A stretch of 63,104 nucleotides of DNA, counting the filler, from Octopus bimaculoides (lineage: Eukaryota), in the NCBI RefSeq assembly GCF_001194135.2. It is 5 parts of 5 records of this genome, joined end to end, with 100 filler letters (N's around TTAATTAATTAA, not from the genome) between each part and the next. Parts side by side here need not be neighbours in the genome. Positions count along the whole stretch, not along the records: positions 19,192 to 45,135 come from NC_068982.1; positions 45,236 to 54,001 come from NC_069007.1; 3 more parts are not named here. One strand, given 5' to 3'. Each line of letters begins with the position of its first letter. Position 1 is the stretch's first letter. Under the pieces are notes generated by a model. That model did not search any database, was not told the origin of the DNA, and was given only the letters and a program-made list of their open reading frames with translations. Positions 39,034-51,281 of the stretch are shown here, in pieces. Position numbers and translations under genes: made by a program.

Positions 39034-39673
39034 ATAGATGCATATATACATACATGTTTGTATGTGTGTGTGTGTGTGTGTGTATGTGCGTTTGTGTTTG
39101 TATGTGTGTGTGCATGTATGTGTATGTGAAAATTCACACACATATTCACAAACACTCACGCAGTCGGTTGGCCACACTGCACCTAGCAGCACTGACCCAA
39201 ATACAGATACACGCACACACTACACATACACTCAGACACATGTACACATACGTATACATTTGCACACGTACAAGCATATTCACAGGAACACGCACCATGG
39301 CGACAATACAATCAAAGTTGCTCTCCTGGGCTCAACCGGTTTCTGGCAGCCCATCCATCTTAGGCTTACACACACAAATGCGTGCGAGTGCTCACACACA
39401 TACACATACACACTCAAATAGACGCACACATACACATATACACTCAAATACACGCACACATACACATACAGAATATAAGTGTGCAAGCGCTTATGTGCGC
39501 ATATTAATGTCTATACATGCTTTTACACGTATAGGGTGCACTGCGCATGCGGTTCAAAACAAAATTATGAAGGCACACGCACACATACACACAAACACAC
39601 ACATACACACGCATACACACACATACACACAAACACACACACACACGTATATATACGTTTGCAATTTATGTAT

Positions 39674-40912
39674 TCCTTTACTCTTTTACTTGTTTCAGTC
39701 ATTTGACTGTGGCCATGCTGGAGCACCGCCTTTAGTTAAATCAAATCGACCCCAGGACTTATTCTTTGGAAGCCTAGTACTTATTCTATCGGTCTCTTTT
39801 ACTGAACCGCTAAGTTAGGGGACGTAAACACACCAGATTCGGTTGTCCAGCGATGTTGGTGGTGGTGGGGTGAACAAACACAGACACACAAACTGCGGAT
39901 CTTTATGGTTTGACGGGCAACATTTTTTTATGTAGTGTTTTTGGTACCGAAACACTTTCAAACTTCGAATACTTGTATATTTTGTGTTATAGAACAGATA
40001 AAAAAATTTTGTATTCGAAGTTATTTCATGTAAAAAAATTGTCGTATTTCGGTAATTTCAACCAATCACTGACGTCTATTGAGGTGAAAACAATTACGCC
40101 GTGGAATATAAACAACGGTGTTACGGGATTTTTTCCCTTGAATAAAATTAGTGCCGTTGTTTGTCAACAAAAACTATCAGCGGTATATTTTTCGTTTGTC
40201 ACTGTTATTTAAGATATCGTTCATGCGTTTGTACTGGTTTTAGCTTTAGGGTTTTAGGGTTAGGGTTCGGGTTTTAGAGTTAGGGTTAGTTTTAGGATTA
40301 CGGTTAGGGTTATAATTATTTTTGCCATAATCTTAACTCTAACCCTATAACTCATAACCCTAACCCTAACCCTAACCCTAATCCCAACCCGAACCCGAAC
40401 CCTAACCCTAAAACCCGAACCCTAATCCTAAAACCCTAAACCCTTACTAGGGAATAATGATATAATTAAACAGGGAATAACACACTTGACACCGAACAGC
40501 ACTAACTGTATTCAGCTGAATAGACGTCAGTGATTGGTTGAAATTACAGAAATACGACAACTTTAACATGAAATAACTTTCGATGTACAATTTTTTGTTA
40601 AGAAGGTTAAGAGAAGTTGTTTTATATGACACATTCTACCAGTGTCCCAAGTTTGAAAGTGTTTCGTTAAGAAAACAAGTGTTGCCCGTCAAACCATAAA
40701 GATCCCAAACATATACACATACATACATGTACATATATATACATATATACGACGGGCTTCTTTCAGTTTCCGTCTACCAAATCCACACACAAGGCTTTGG
40801 TCGGCCCGAGGCTATAGTAGAAGACACATGCCCAAGGTGCTACGCAGTGGGACTGAACCCGGAACCATGTGGTTGGTAAGCCAGCTACTTACCACACAGC
40901 CACTCCTGCGCC
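39674..40912 (-). mobile_element. SINE family A split by the fold-back element
   Basis: Tail 39674-39893; head 40706-40912 resumes at caaacatatacac..gacgggcttc..cctgcgcc. Confidence 0.9.
39897..40705. mobile_element. Fold-back MITE-like element with central inverted telomeric repeats (possibly Merlin-type)
   Basis: Terminal GGATCTTTATGGTTTGACGGGCAACA / TGTTGCCCGTCAAACCATAAAGATCC; further mirrored blocks; TTAGGG-type tract ~40245-40311 and CCCTAA-type tract ~40335-40445; flanks CAAACTGC / CAAACATA. Confidence 0.85.
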
Positions 40913-40940
40913 TATGTATGCATATACAACAATACATATG

Positions 40941-40972
<32 letters not shown>

Positions 40973-41482
40973 TATATACGCAAGTAAGCACAGAAATGCA
41001 AAACAAGGTGGAGAAATAGTACTCGAATACCAAAGCTAGAGTAAGCATATACAAGCATACATAAGCATATATATATGCATATATTTGTTTATGCATACAC
41101 TCCCTCCCCCAACCCACATATAAACATACGTTGGTTAATTTCAATTGCATTATAATGTACACTTTTTCGTTAAACATCCTGTTTTAAAACTTCATTTTTG
41201 TATTATTTGGTAAGAGAGACCCCCCAGATGGAGTGTTGAAACTAAAACGTAGGGTAGGAGTCATTTCAGTCATTTAGAACACTCAAAAACTACTTTATAC
41301 ACTTTGCGTTTATTTCTTTAAGATACGGTCTATTATGAAGTATCAAAAAATTTCGTCGTTCTTCTGCGACTAGATTGCTAACACACTTCTACTGTACTGA
41401 GATACAGTGTAAGTATAAATATGTATAAATGTGCGCGCGCACATATGTGTGTTTTGTGTGTACGTGTGTGTCCAATTATCTT

Positions 41483-41675
41483 TCATCTTTTACTCATTAG
41501 ACTGCAGCCATGCTGGGGCACCCTGTTGAAGAATTTTAATCGAACGAACTGAACCCAGTACTTTTCTTTTTGTTAAAGCTGGTATTTACTTTTGCCGAAT
41601 CGCAAAATTACGGGGCGTAAACGCGTCAAAGCCGGTTGTCAAGAGGGGTTGGAGGACAAACACAGACACACACAG
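41483..41675 (-). mobile_element. SINE family A, degraded 3' half
   Basis: cattagactgcagccatgctggggcacc..tttgccgaatcgc..ccggttgtcaagagg. Confidence 0.7.
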
Positions 41676-43577
41676 AGTAATACACACGCACACACGTTTA
41701 TGTATGTATGTATATTCAAACATCAGGTAATGGAGTAAATAAAATCCAGGCTACATATGTGACATAGCTAGCGGAACCTCGGAAGTAGTAAATTATCCAA
41801 ATGACGGGTAGACCGTAAGCTACTCTTCAGGCCAATGATACCTTGATTATATGATGTTTAAATTGTCGTAGGAAGGTGCCATGTTAACTCTTGGGGGATT
41901 AGATCGAAATGCTCAACTAGTTAACATGAAACCTTCCAACGACAATTTAAACTTCATATAATCAAGGTATCAGTATTTGGGTTTATTTTTTGATTTGGTT
42001 GAAGCTTGGTTCGTTTTCTTTTTCTCTGTTGGTCAGTTATTTTTAGCGTTTTGACAGAAAAAGTCATTCTAAAATTGTCTTTGTTTTTTAACGTAAACGT
42101 GCCCAAACAAGTCGAATGCTTACACAGAGCAGGTTTTACAGCATTCAAACCGACCGGATGAGACCGGGCTTAGCTTCTAGGATATNNNNNNNNNNNNNNN
42201 NNNNNNNNNNNNNNNNNNNNNNNNNNNNNNNNNNNNNNNNNNNNNNNNNNNNNNNNNNNNNNNNNNNNNNNNNNNNNNNNNNNNNNNNNNNNNNNNNNNN
42301 NNNNNNNNNNNNNNNNNNNNNNNNNNNNNNNNNNNNNNNNNNNNNNNNNNNNNNNNNNNNNNNNNNNNNNNNNNNNNNNNNNNNNNNNNNNNNNNNNNNN
42401 NNNNNNNNNNNNNNNNNNNNNNNNNNNNNNNNNNNNNNNNNNNNNNNNNNNNNNNNNNNNNNNNNNNNNNNNNNNNNNNNNNNNNNNNNNNNNNNNNNNN
42501 NNNNNNNNNNNNNNNNNNNNNNNNNNNNNNNNNNNNNNNNNNNNNNNNNNNNNNNNNNNNNNNNNNNNNNNNNNNNNNNNNNNNNNNNNNNNNNNNNNNN
42601 NNNNNNNNNNNNNNNNNNNNNNNNNNNNNNNNNNNNNNNNNNNNNNNNNNNNNNNNNNNNNNNNNNNNNNNNNNNNNNNNNNNNNNNNNNNNNNNNNNNN
42701 NNNNNNNNNNNNNNNNNNNNNNNNNNNNNNNNNNNNNNNNNNNNNNNNNNNNNNNNNNNNNNNNNNNNNNNNNNNNNNNNNNNNNNNNNNNNNNNNNNNN
42801 NNNNNNNNNNNNNNNNNNNNNNNNNNNNNNNNNNNNNNNNNNNNNNNNNNNNNNNNNNNNNNNNNNNNNNNNNNNNNNNNNNNNNNNNNNNNNNNNNNNN
42901 NNNNNNNNNNNNNNNNNNNNNNNNNNNNNNNNNNNNNNNNNNNNNNNNNNNNNNNNNNNNNNNNNNNNNNNNNNNNNNNNNNNNNNNNNNNNNNNNNNNN
43001 NNNNNNNNNNNNNNNNNNNNNNNNNNNNNNNNNNNNNNNNNNNNNNNNNNNNNNNNNNNNNNNNNNNNNNNNNNNNNNNNNNNNNNNNNNNNNNNNTCCC
43101 CCCGACCCTTTTTCTGTTCCCTCTTCATCCCATTTCTTTTTCTACCGGATTGTCGTTCTGCTGGTCCACCACCACTGTCACTAACACCAGAACAACAACA
43201 ACAACAAGGCCCCCCACCATAACAACGTCATTGACAATAGCAACAGGCGGCGATAGCTTAACCCCCCTAACCCTCACACTCCTAAACAAACTCTTTAGCC
43301 TGAATTACGTCACCTGTCACATTCCCTTCCGCCCCCTCCTCCAACACACCTCTCCCTCAAAATTTCCCACTTCATATTTCTCTCCCAACCACTCTCTACC
43401 ACCCTTTCTCACACACTCTCTCCCCCTCTCCTTCTTTCTCTCTCTCTCTCTCGCTTAGTATATATATATATGTATGTACGTATGTATGTATTTCTATGTC
43501 TTGTTTTCCGCATATTTTCATATAACGAGCATACTCTGTGTGTAGTTCTCTCTCTCCCTCCCTCTGTCTCTGTTGTC

Positions 43578-43614
<37 letters not shown>

Positions 43615-43806
43615 ATACACATACATACACACAAACATATAAATGTATTAAATATATATACATACGTCTATGTGTGTATATATGTATATATACATATACA
43701 CACATATATGCATTAAATATATATACATACACACTCACACATATATGTATATGTGTGTATATATATATATGTATATATATATGCATATATATATATAAAT
43801 ATACAT

Positions 43807-43837
<31 letters not shown>

Positions 43838-44189
43838 CATATATATGTATGTACGTATATTATACATATGAGTATATGCTTATAAGTTTGTTTATGGTTG
43901 TATATATATATGAATGTATATGCATGTACGTGTCTTTATAACTACCAATTTGAGACAAAAAAACGGGATATGTGCGCACCTGTATCATCTCAAACTTTTT
44001 TCTTGACTAATGACTAATGACTAAGATACGTACTTCAAACAGCTTTGGATTACAATACCAATCTGTATTTGTAATGTGTATACAAACGTGGAACAGTTCT
44101 AGCTGCAGTATTTTGTCTTAGTGAAACTCTCCGGAGACTTGCCGTATATACTCGTATATAAGCTGATTCAAACACAAGTCGCATGCACG

Positions 44190-44255
<66 letters not shown>

Positions 44256-44499
44256 AACACACAATCTTTCTCTCTCTCTCTCACGCACACACACACACAC
44301 ATATACACACAAATTTACATCTGAAAAATCAGCAAATTCTTTATTCAACTTTAATAATAAAGCTGTAAAATTTTATCTTGTCTCTAAATCTGATATTTTC
44401 GTCTTTGGACGAAATGCTAGTGAATGCTTCTTAAAAACAAAATGATGGCACTATCCTCTACTAGACAATCTGGAGGACAAAATATTTTCCATTTTTATC

Positions 44500-44910
44500 C
44501 ATTTTTGCTTACAATTTTCCACATAAATATTGCCACTATGTCGCCTTCTTTGCTATGTTCTACCCAGTCAGCTAAATACTTTTCTAAATCAGCGTAAGAA
44601 ATTTTCCCACCCCTCGAATTTTGCTTGCTCCACGGCATTTACTATAATTGTATTCTTTGATTTCTTCATCCTATGTTGCTCTCCTTCCTCTCCAAACTCT
44701 CGAACAAAGGCACCATTGCTTACCTGTTCAACAGTATTATCACTTTCATTTTGAAAGAAACAGTATGTCCAGTAGGGGTTCTTTTAGCCCCTGTTGATAT
44801 GTTTAAATTAGAAAACTATTTTCTACTAACTTCGTGTAATTTAAAATATTCATCAACGATATGTTCTTATGGCGACTATTACAATGGTCGTACACGAATA
44901 CGTATTCTGT
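44500..44910 (-). mobile_element. Decayed pogo-family transposase (BrkDBD plus CENP-B HTH start)
   Basis: Frameshifted translation HTVSFKMKVI..EQVSNGAFVREFG..NIG*RNQRIQL**MPWSKQNSRGGKISYADLEKYLADWVEHSKEG, matching POGK-type SY..FKLKVI..A AREFG..WR..P.LE..L..WV. Confidence 0.65.
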
Positions 44911-44974
44911 ATTTAGCTATATTTAAGTATGAATATCTGCGTTTAAGGATTTAGAAATAATTTGTCAGTATAGA

Positions 44975-45135
44975 CTTGCTTACCAACCACATGGTTCCGG
45001 GTTCAGTCCCACTGTGTGGCACTTTGGGCAAGTGTCTTCTACTATAGCCTCGGGCCGACCAAAGCCTTGTGTGTGGATTTGGTAGACGGAAACTGAAAGA
45101 AGCCCGTCGTATTTATGTATATATATATATATATA
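44975..45135 (+). mobile_element. SINE family A, head
   Basis: cttgcttaccaaccacatggttccgggttcagtcccactg..gaagcccgtcg. Confidence 0.9.
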
Positions 45136-46544
45136 NNNNNNNNNNNNNNNNNNNNNNNNNNNNNNNNNNNNNNNNNNNNTTAATTAATTAANNNNNNNNN
45201 NNNNNNNNNNNNNNNNNNNNNNNNNNNNNNNNNNNATAACGTTGCTGCTACTGCATATAGGCCTTGCTGCCGTTGTTTATATGCGGAGGATCAAGTTGCA
45301 GCAAGACTGGAGTAAGATAAATAGAAGTGGAGCGACGGGAGAGCTCATTTACAACGAGCCCTGGAATTAAGTGTCCTTGCTATCAACTCAATCACACCTG
45401 CGCAAAGAATCGAAACACCTTCACGCATCCATTTATCGATCTTTGCTCAATGCACACACCCAAAGAGAACGTTATTCAGGATATTTGCACAAGATATTTG
45501 CACAAGATATTTGCGGTTCATGTCTTTGACCCACTTTCTGTATTATCGATACTTATTCGACGTGAAAGCAATATGCAAATAGTACGAAGCAACGTTGAAG
45601 CAATTTAAATCGGTGCCATGTCAGAAACATTTTACTACGTGTTTTCAAAGCCTGATCTATGAGTGAATGTCTTGTGATTCGGCAACAGGCTGCAAAGTCT
45701 TTCCTAGTACCATTTTAACTCAAAAACAAGACGGCAAGACCCTATTAATATCTGGTCGACACTTACGATATTTCGCTGGTACTTCACCGTTTTTCATGCG
45801 CCCTACGTAGCATAAATTGTTAACAGATATTTGAGACTTGAGAACCGACAATAGAAGACCAAATTTAAATTACGTCGCTTGACACACATGGCTTACACGT
45901 GACATAGAATAACAAACTTCATAATCCGTCATCTCGAAAAATAGCAAAAGAAAGAAAGAATTAAAGAAAAACATAATGAAACAATGAATTACTGAAATAA
46001 CGTATAGAGTTGGTCAATTTAGTCTGCTCTGCTCGTTTCTGTTCCTGAAGAACTCTCTCTGCTTCAGAAGTTAGTTTATTAATATATTGTAGACAATGAA
46101 ATTCTACAATTTCATAACTTCTTTTCTTTTCGTAGATTTTGCAATCTTTGTGATTTTATTTCGATATAAATAAAGTTTATAAAAACAGACAATTCTAGTT
46201 TAGTCCATCTATTAATCAATCCTTCTTTCCGCCCGTTATTCGACGGAGGATCGTTGGAGTGGAGTCCTAAAACACTGCCTCAATAAGGTTCGATCAGAAG
46301 CAATCGTCCTTAGACTTTCTGACGGATTCCCGAGCGTGGCCAACGGAGATTGTGTATATTTCTGTTTCACGGTCTCTCAAGTCTCCCTAAGTATCCTGAC
46401 GTTTGGCTCAGCTCCAGGAACTTATCTTGCGATTCTTTCCTGCCACATTCTAATAGCATGCCCTTAGTCCTGGTAGTGTGGCCTCTCAGTGAGGAGTAGT
46501 GGCTGGAGATTCGATGTATTCAACGTTAAATGACGCTAACCACT

Positions 46545-46680
46545 AGACGCGTGGTGTTGCGTTCGCGATCGCGAGAACGTTGTTTCGAATCCCAGACCGG
46601 CTGTCCGTTTTGTTCTTGAGCAAAACACTTCATTTCACGTGGCTCCGGTTTCAATGTGCAATCTTGCGACGGTTTAGTGC
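46545..46680 (+). mobile_element. Degraded family D/E SINE head
   Basis: tttcgaatcccagaccgg..gttcttgagcaaaacacttcatttcacgtggctcc. Confidence 0.55.
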
Positions 46681-46849
46681 AGAAGGGTGAGATATTGACT
46701 AAGCAAAAACCATCCTTACTAAGGTCTGGCGAGCTACGTTTTGTATTCAACGACCAAAAGGATGAATAGTATAAACTGAACGATAAATCCCGATGGGTTC
46801 AGACGGAGGTCAATGATATTCTAAGGGGCGAGCTGCTCAATGTGGTTGA

Positions 46850-47480
46850 ACAACCAGAGTTGCGCACCCTGTCGAGAAGCGGTGCTCCAGACGAACCCCA
46901 TTTCTGCCCCCTGTATTTGCACAGCCGCTCGTGCTTGAGGAATTCACAAACAGTTGAGCTAAACACACCGTCGAGTAACATAAAAAAGGAGGCCGTTCGG
47001 AGTAAACCTATTTCGGCACTTTGCGTTCGCACAACGCTTCGACCTGGAGAAATTCACTGACCGTTGAGTTACGGTCTCTTTCGAATAACATTACCCCAGT
47101 GATCGTTCCGAGGATCCCCTTTTCGGTCCGTTGTATATACGCATCGGATCGACCAGGGAATATTCACAGACCGTTGAGCAACGGACCATATCGTGAAACT
47201 ATACTCCAGATGCCATTCGGAGGAACCTCATTTCAGCCTCGTATATTCACGTAGCAGCTCTACCTGGAAAATACACTGACATCGTGGCTACAGACCCTGT
47301 CGAAAAACGCTCCCTAGAGGCCCCTTGTATTCGCGAAGCTTCTCAGCCTGGAGAAATTTATTGACCGTTGAGCTACGAACACTGCCAAGTAACATTACAC
47401 TAGAGGCCACTTGGAGCATCCCCATATCGGCCCTAGTATACGCGAAGAATCTCGACTTGGAGAATTTAAGACCCAAGCTC
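46850..47480. repeat. Diverged ~110-bp CpG-rich tandem repeat (5-6 units)
   Basis: Unit starts at 46935, 47044, 47154, 47264, 47348 and 47457 (periods 109, 110, 110, 84, 109); shared ctggagaaattcactgaccgttgag motif. Confidence 0.8.
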
Positions 47481-47695
47481 TTGTTCATTTTTATGTGTCT
47501 TGGTTAGGCTTGCACTGACGATTAAAAAATGCATTTTGTGCACTAATTATGAAATCATAGGATCTGCAGCTGAATCTGTTTCTAAAAGGCTCACTTCTTG
47601 AGTTGCATTCCCTCGCGTTCGGTACAATGTGTTTATGGTAGTTTTGACTTTAAGAGTTCCTCTTAGCGTGAGGCACTTATGCATAGTAATGCCCT

Positions 47696-47761
<66 letters not shown>

Positions 47762-48155
47762 GGATAAAGAGAACAATGGTAAAGTTGGAAATATATTTTA
47801 TGGATAGAGTCTTAGTTTCAGGGAAGATCCAATGCATCCCTTCATCGGAGACAGAAATAGTAGAGGAATCGATTATTATATCTATAAGCGGAGAGTTGTA
47901 GTAGGAAGTGAGAGTGAGTGTGATGCGCTGAAAAGAGAAAGAAGTATACAAGACTTACTTGGTATTNNNNNNNNNNNNNNNNNNNNNNNNNNNNNNNNNN
48001 NNNNNNNNNNNNNNNNNNNNNNNNNNNNNNNNNNNNNNNNNNNNNNNNNNNNNNNNNNNNNNNNNNNNNNNNNNNNNNNNNNNNNNNNNNNNNNNNNNNN
48101 NNNNNNNNNNNNNNNNNNNNNNNNNNNNNNNNNNNNNNNNNNNNNNNNNNNNNNN

Positions 48156-48205
<50 letters not shown>

Positions 48206-48220
48206 ATAGACAGACAGATA

Positions 48221-48390
48221 GGCGCAGGAGTGGCTGTGTGGTAAGAAGCTTGCTTACCAACCACATGGTTCCAAGTTCAGTCCCACTGTGTGGCAACTTG
48301 GGTAATTGTCTTCTACTATAGACTCGGGCCGACCAAAGTCTTGTGAATAGATTTGGTAGACGGAAACTCAAAAAAGCCGGTCATATGTAT
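48221..48390 (+). mobile_element. SINE family A, head
   Basis: ggcgcaggagtggctgtgtggtaagaagcttgcttaccaaccacatgg. Confidence 0.9.
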
Positions 48391-48400
48391 NNNNNNNNNN

Positions 48401-48448
<48 letters not shown>

Positions 48449-48829
48449 TGTATAAAATACTTTTATACTCAGATAGGAGACCCTTGACAGGGCTCCTTAC
48501 ATGCTAAAAAGAGCAGTTAAAACCCAAAGTACAAAAAAAACAAAAACATAATAATTCATGAAGTATGCTGTTATAACACTAGAACGAATGAAAAGTATGA
48601 ATTAGTTAATTCCGAACTAGAATTTCGCTATTAATTACCAAATGAACTAATTTGGAATCTGTAGATCGTCAGCGGGATCGCTGATTAATGAATAATTTGA
48701 ATAATTACGGAGTTGCAAATGCGTACAGAAATCACATATGTGTGTGTGTATGCATGCATGTATGTATGTATGTATGTATGTATGTATGTATGTATGCATG
48801 TATGCATGTATGTGTGTTTGTGTGTCTGT

Positions 48830-49415
48830 ACGTCGTAGCTGTGGAGAGAACTTTGCTTCTCAACCTCACGGTTCAGGTTCAGTTTCACGGCGTGGCATCT
48901 TGGGCAAGTCTCTACTACTAGATCAACGAACCGAACAAGGCCACCTGAGTGGATTTGGTAGACGGAAAAAGAAGGGAGCCCGCGTTTGTGTATATGTGCG
49001 TGTGTGCATGTATGTATCCATGTGTTTGTGTATGTGCCACCCACCACTGCTTGACAACCGATGATGGGGTGTTCACTGTGTATATATTTTTTATTGTTTT
49101 ATTCTTTCGCTTGTTTCAGTCATTTGACTGCGCCTTAAAGGGTTTNNNNNNNNNNNNNNNNNNNNNNNNNNNNNNNNNNNNNNNNNNNNNNNNNNNNNNN
49201 NNNNNNNNNNNNNNNNNNNNNNNNNNNNNNNNNNNNNNNNNNNNNCTTGCCAACCGATGTTTATGTCTTATTAGTATAGCGGTTCAGCAAAAGAGAACGA
49301 TAGAATAAGTATTAGGCTTACAAAAAATAAGTGCTGGAGTCGATTCATTCGACTAAAACGCGGTGCTCCAGCATGACCGCAGTCAAATGACAGAAACAAG
49401 TAAAAGAATAAAAGA
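48830..49415. mobile_element. Cluster of family A SINE pieces (degraded plus copy, minus tail stub, plus tail)
   Basis: gagtggatttggtagacgg..cttgacaaccgatg; cttgtttcagtcatttgactgcg at ~49108-49131; tail 49246-49415. Confidence 0.75.
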
Positions 49416-49575
49416 ACATACATACATACATACATACGTACGTACGTACGCACGCACGCACATACATACATACACACACACTACGCACGCGCGCATAACT
49501 GTAACAGCATCAACAACAACAACAAAACTACGAGTCGCTGCTAATGATGTTTATTGGTTTTTCACGTTGCTGGTT

Positions 49576-50361
49576 TTACCAAACATTTGATCGAGAAAAC
49601 ACTGGCATTTTCCCGGTAATTCTTGACAGACTGGATAAACTGAGAGGAGCAACAATGCTGCCATGTTGCTCTGTATTATCTTCAAGAAGGCAACAGTCGA
49701 AATATCTACGTAACTTCGTGGTTAAGTATTTCGCCAATTCGTTCAAGAATCGTAAGACTAATGTTAACGTAACGGCCAGCCAAAATATTGCTATGACGTT
49801 GTCAACGATATTTGTAATTTTACCTAAACTCACACAAGAAGGATTGTCTGCCACAATAAACGGAAGATACTGCTGTTCGAGACGCTGCTCGTTCAGTGGC
49901 TCTTGTTGGTTTTCATCTTCATCGAGAAGTTTTACGTTTGATAAAGGTAAACCGGAATTGGTTTCAGGAAACAAAGGTAGATTAGGCTTCTGGAGACTGA
50001 AGCAACAACCAAACGGACTTAATATACGCAAATATCGTAATGCCGTCAGTAAGAAAAACGGTAACATGCAAGATACGAAATACAACATGTCGTCCGTTAA
50101 ATTCAGACGGATTTTTCTTACGTGTCTTCTGGGGTTGCCATCATTCCTTCTTCTTCTCGCCATTCTTCCGATTCCCCAGCGTCTTCTAATCTCTCCATCC
50201 CCTCCTCCTCTTCGTCCGTCTCTTCCGGCTGTTCTTCTCTCTTCCCTCACACCCCCTTCGTCGTCCGGTCCGGCCAGTCTTTCTCCTCTCGCTGTTACTG
50301 CTCTTTCTTGGCTTTCAGAATCATCGTCATCATCATCATCATCATTATTATTAATTTCATG

Positions 50362-50403
<42 letters not shown>

Positions 50404-50418
50404 GCCGCCATTGTAATG

Positions 50419-50463
<45 letters not shown>

Positions 50464-50652
50464 CCCGCCGTCGTCATGGTGATTGTCATCGTCATTGCTT
50501 ACACTTCTCTCTTCTACTACGTCACCTTCGCCCCATCGCTTGTACGGTGATGTGGCCGCTGTGTCAGTGTTGTGGTCTTCATTTAGAAAGTCAAACATTC
50601 TGAAAGGGTTGTAGAAGGCGAAAGTCCAAGCGTTTGGCACTGGATCGGCCAT
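49576..50652 (-). CDS. Unidentified 358-aa protein: Asp/Gly-rich N-terminus, Arg-rich stretch, two predicted TM helices
   Basis: ATG in aatATGG context with an in-frame TGA two codons upstream; ~190 non-repetitive C-terminal codons open; hydrophobic LYFVSCMLPFFLLTALRYL and VIAIFWLAVTLTLVLRFL; CpG-rich; could splice at TG|GTAAAA (49580). Confidence 0.6.
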
Positions 50653-50786
50653 ATTTCAGTTTTGCCGAAATCGTAGGAAACAGAAACAGCGAAGAGGAAG
50701 GAACATGGTTGGAGATGGGTAAGAGGTGCAAGGTAGAAGGAGGAGGAATGGAGAGGGGGGAGGAGAAGGAGGAGGAAGGGAGGAGG

Positions 50787-50817
<31 letters not shown>

Positions 50818-51281
50818 AAAGGACGATGAAGGATATGGGAAAAGAATAAAAAGAAAGACGAGAAAGAAAGAAAGAAGAAGAAAAAGAAGAAGAAGAAGAA
50901 AAAGAAAAAGAAGAAGAAAAAGAAGAAGAAGAAGAAAGAAAGAAAGAAACAAAGAAACAAACAAACAAACAAACAAACAAACAAACAATGAATGAATGAA
51001 ACAAACAAACAAAGAAAAGAAAGACAGAAACAAACAAACAAACAAAGAAACAAAAAAAACAAAGTGGAGGAGGAGGTGGAAGAAGAGGAATAAAATATAC
51101 AACAATGAACAAAAAAATAAAATAAATAAAAAGAGTTAAATAAAAGTAAAACAAATTCGAAACACAAAATAGAATAAATAAATTTGTAATAAGAAAGAAA
51201 AAAATGCAAAAAATGAACAAAAAAGAAAGAAAAAAAGTAAGGATGAATTGTTGTTGTTGATTTTGTTGTTGATGTTGTTTA

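Noticed and set aside
40245-40445. Relic of a true chromosome end-to-end fusion
   Set aside because: Tracts are short, arms are mirror duplicates, and the unit is inserted in a SINE with TIR/TSD-like ends, which favours a transposon origin
44723-44935. Minus-strand exon with a strong AG|GTAAG donor
   Set aside because: All frames are closed and the sequence is better explained as pogo transposase remnant
46850-47480. CRISPR-like array or repeat-protein CDS
   Set aside because: Whole units are homologous, the period is not a multiple of 3, all frames break, and the context is eukaryotic with no cas genes
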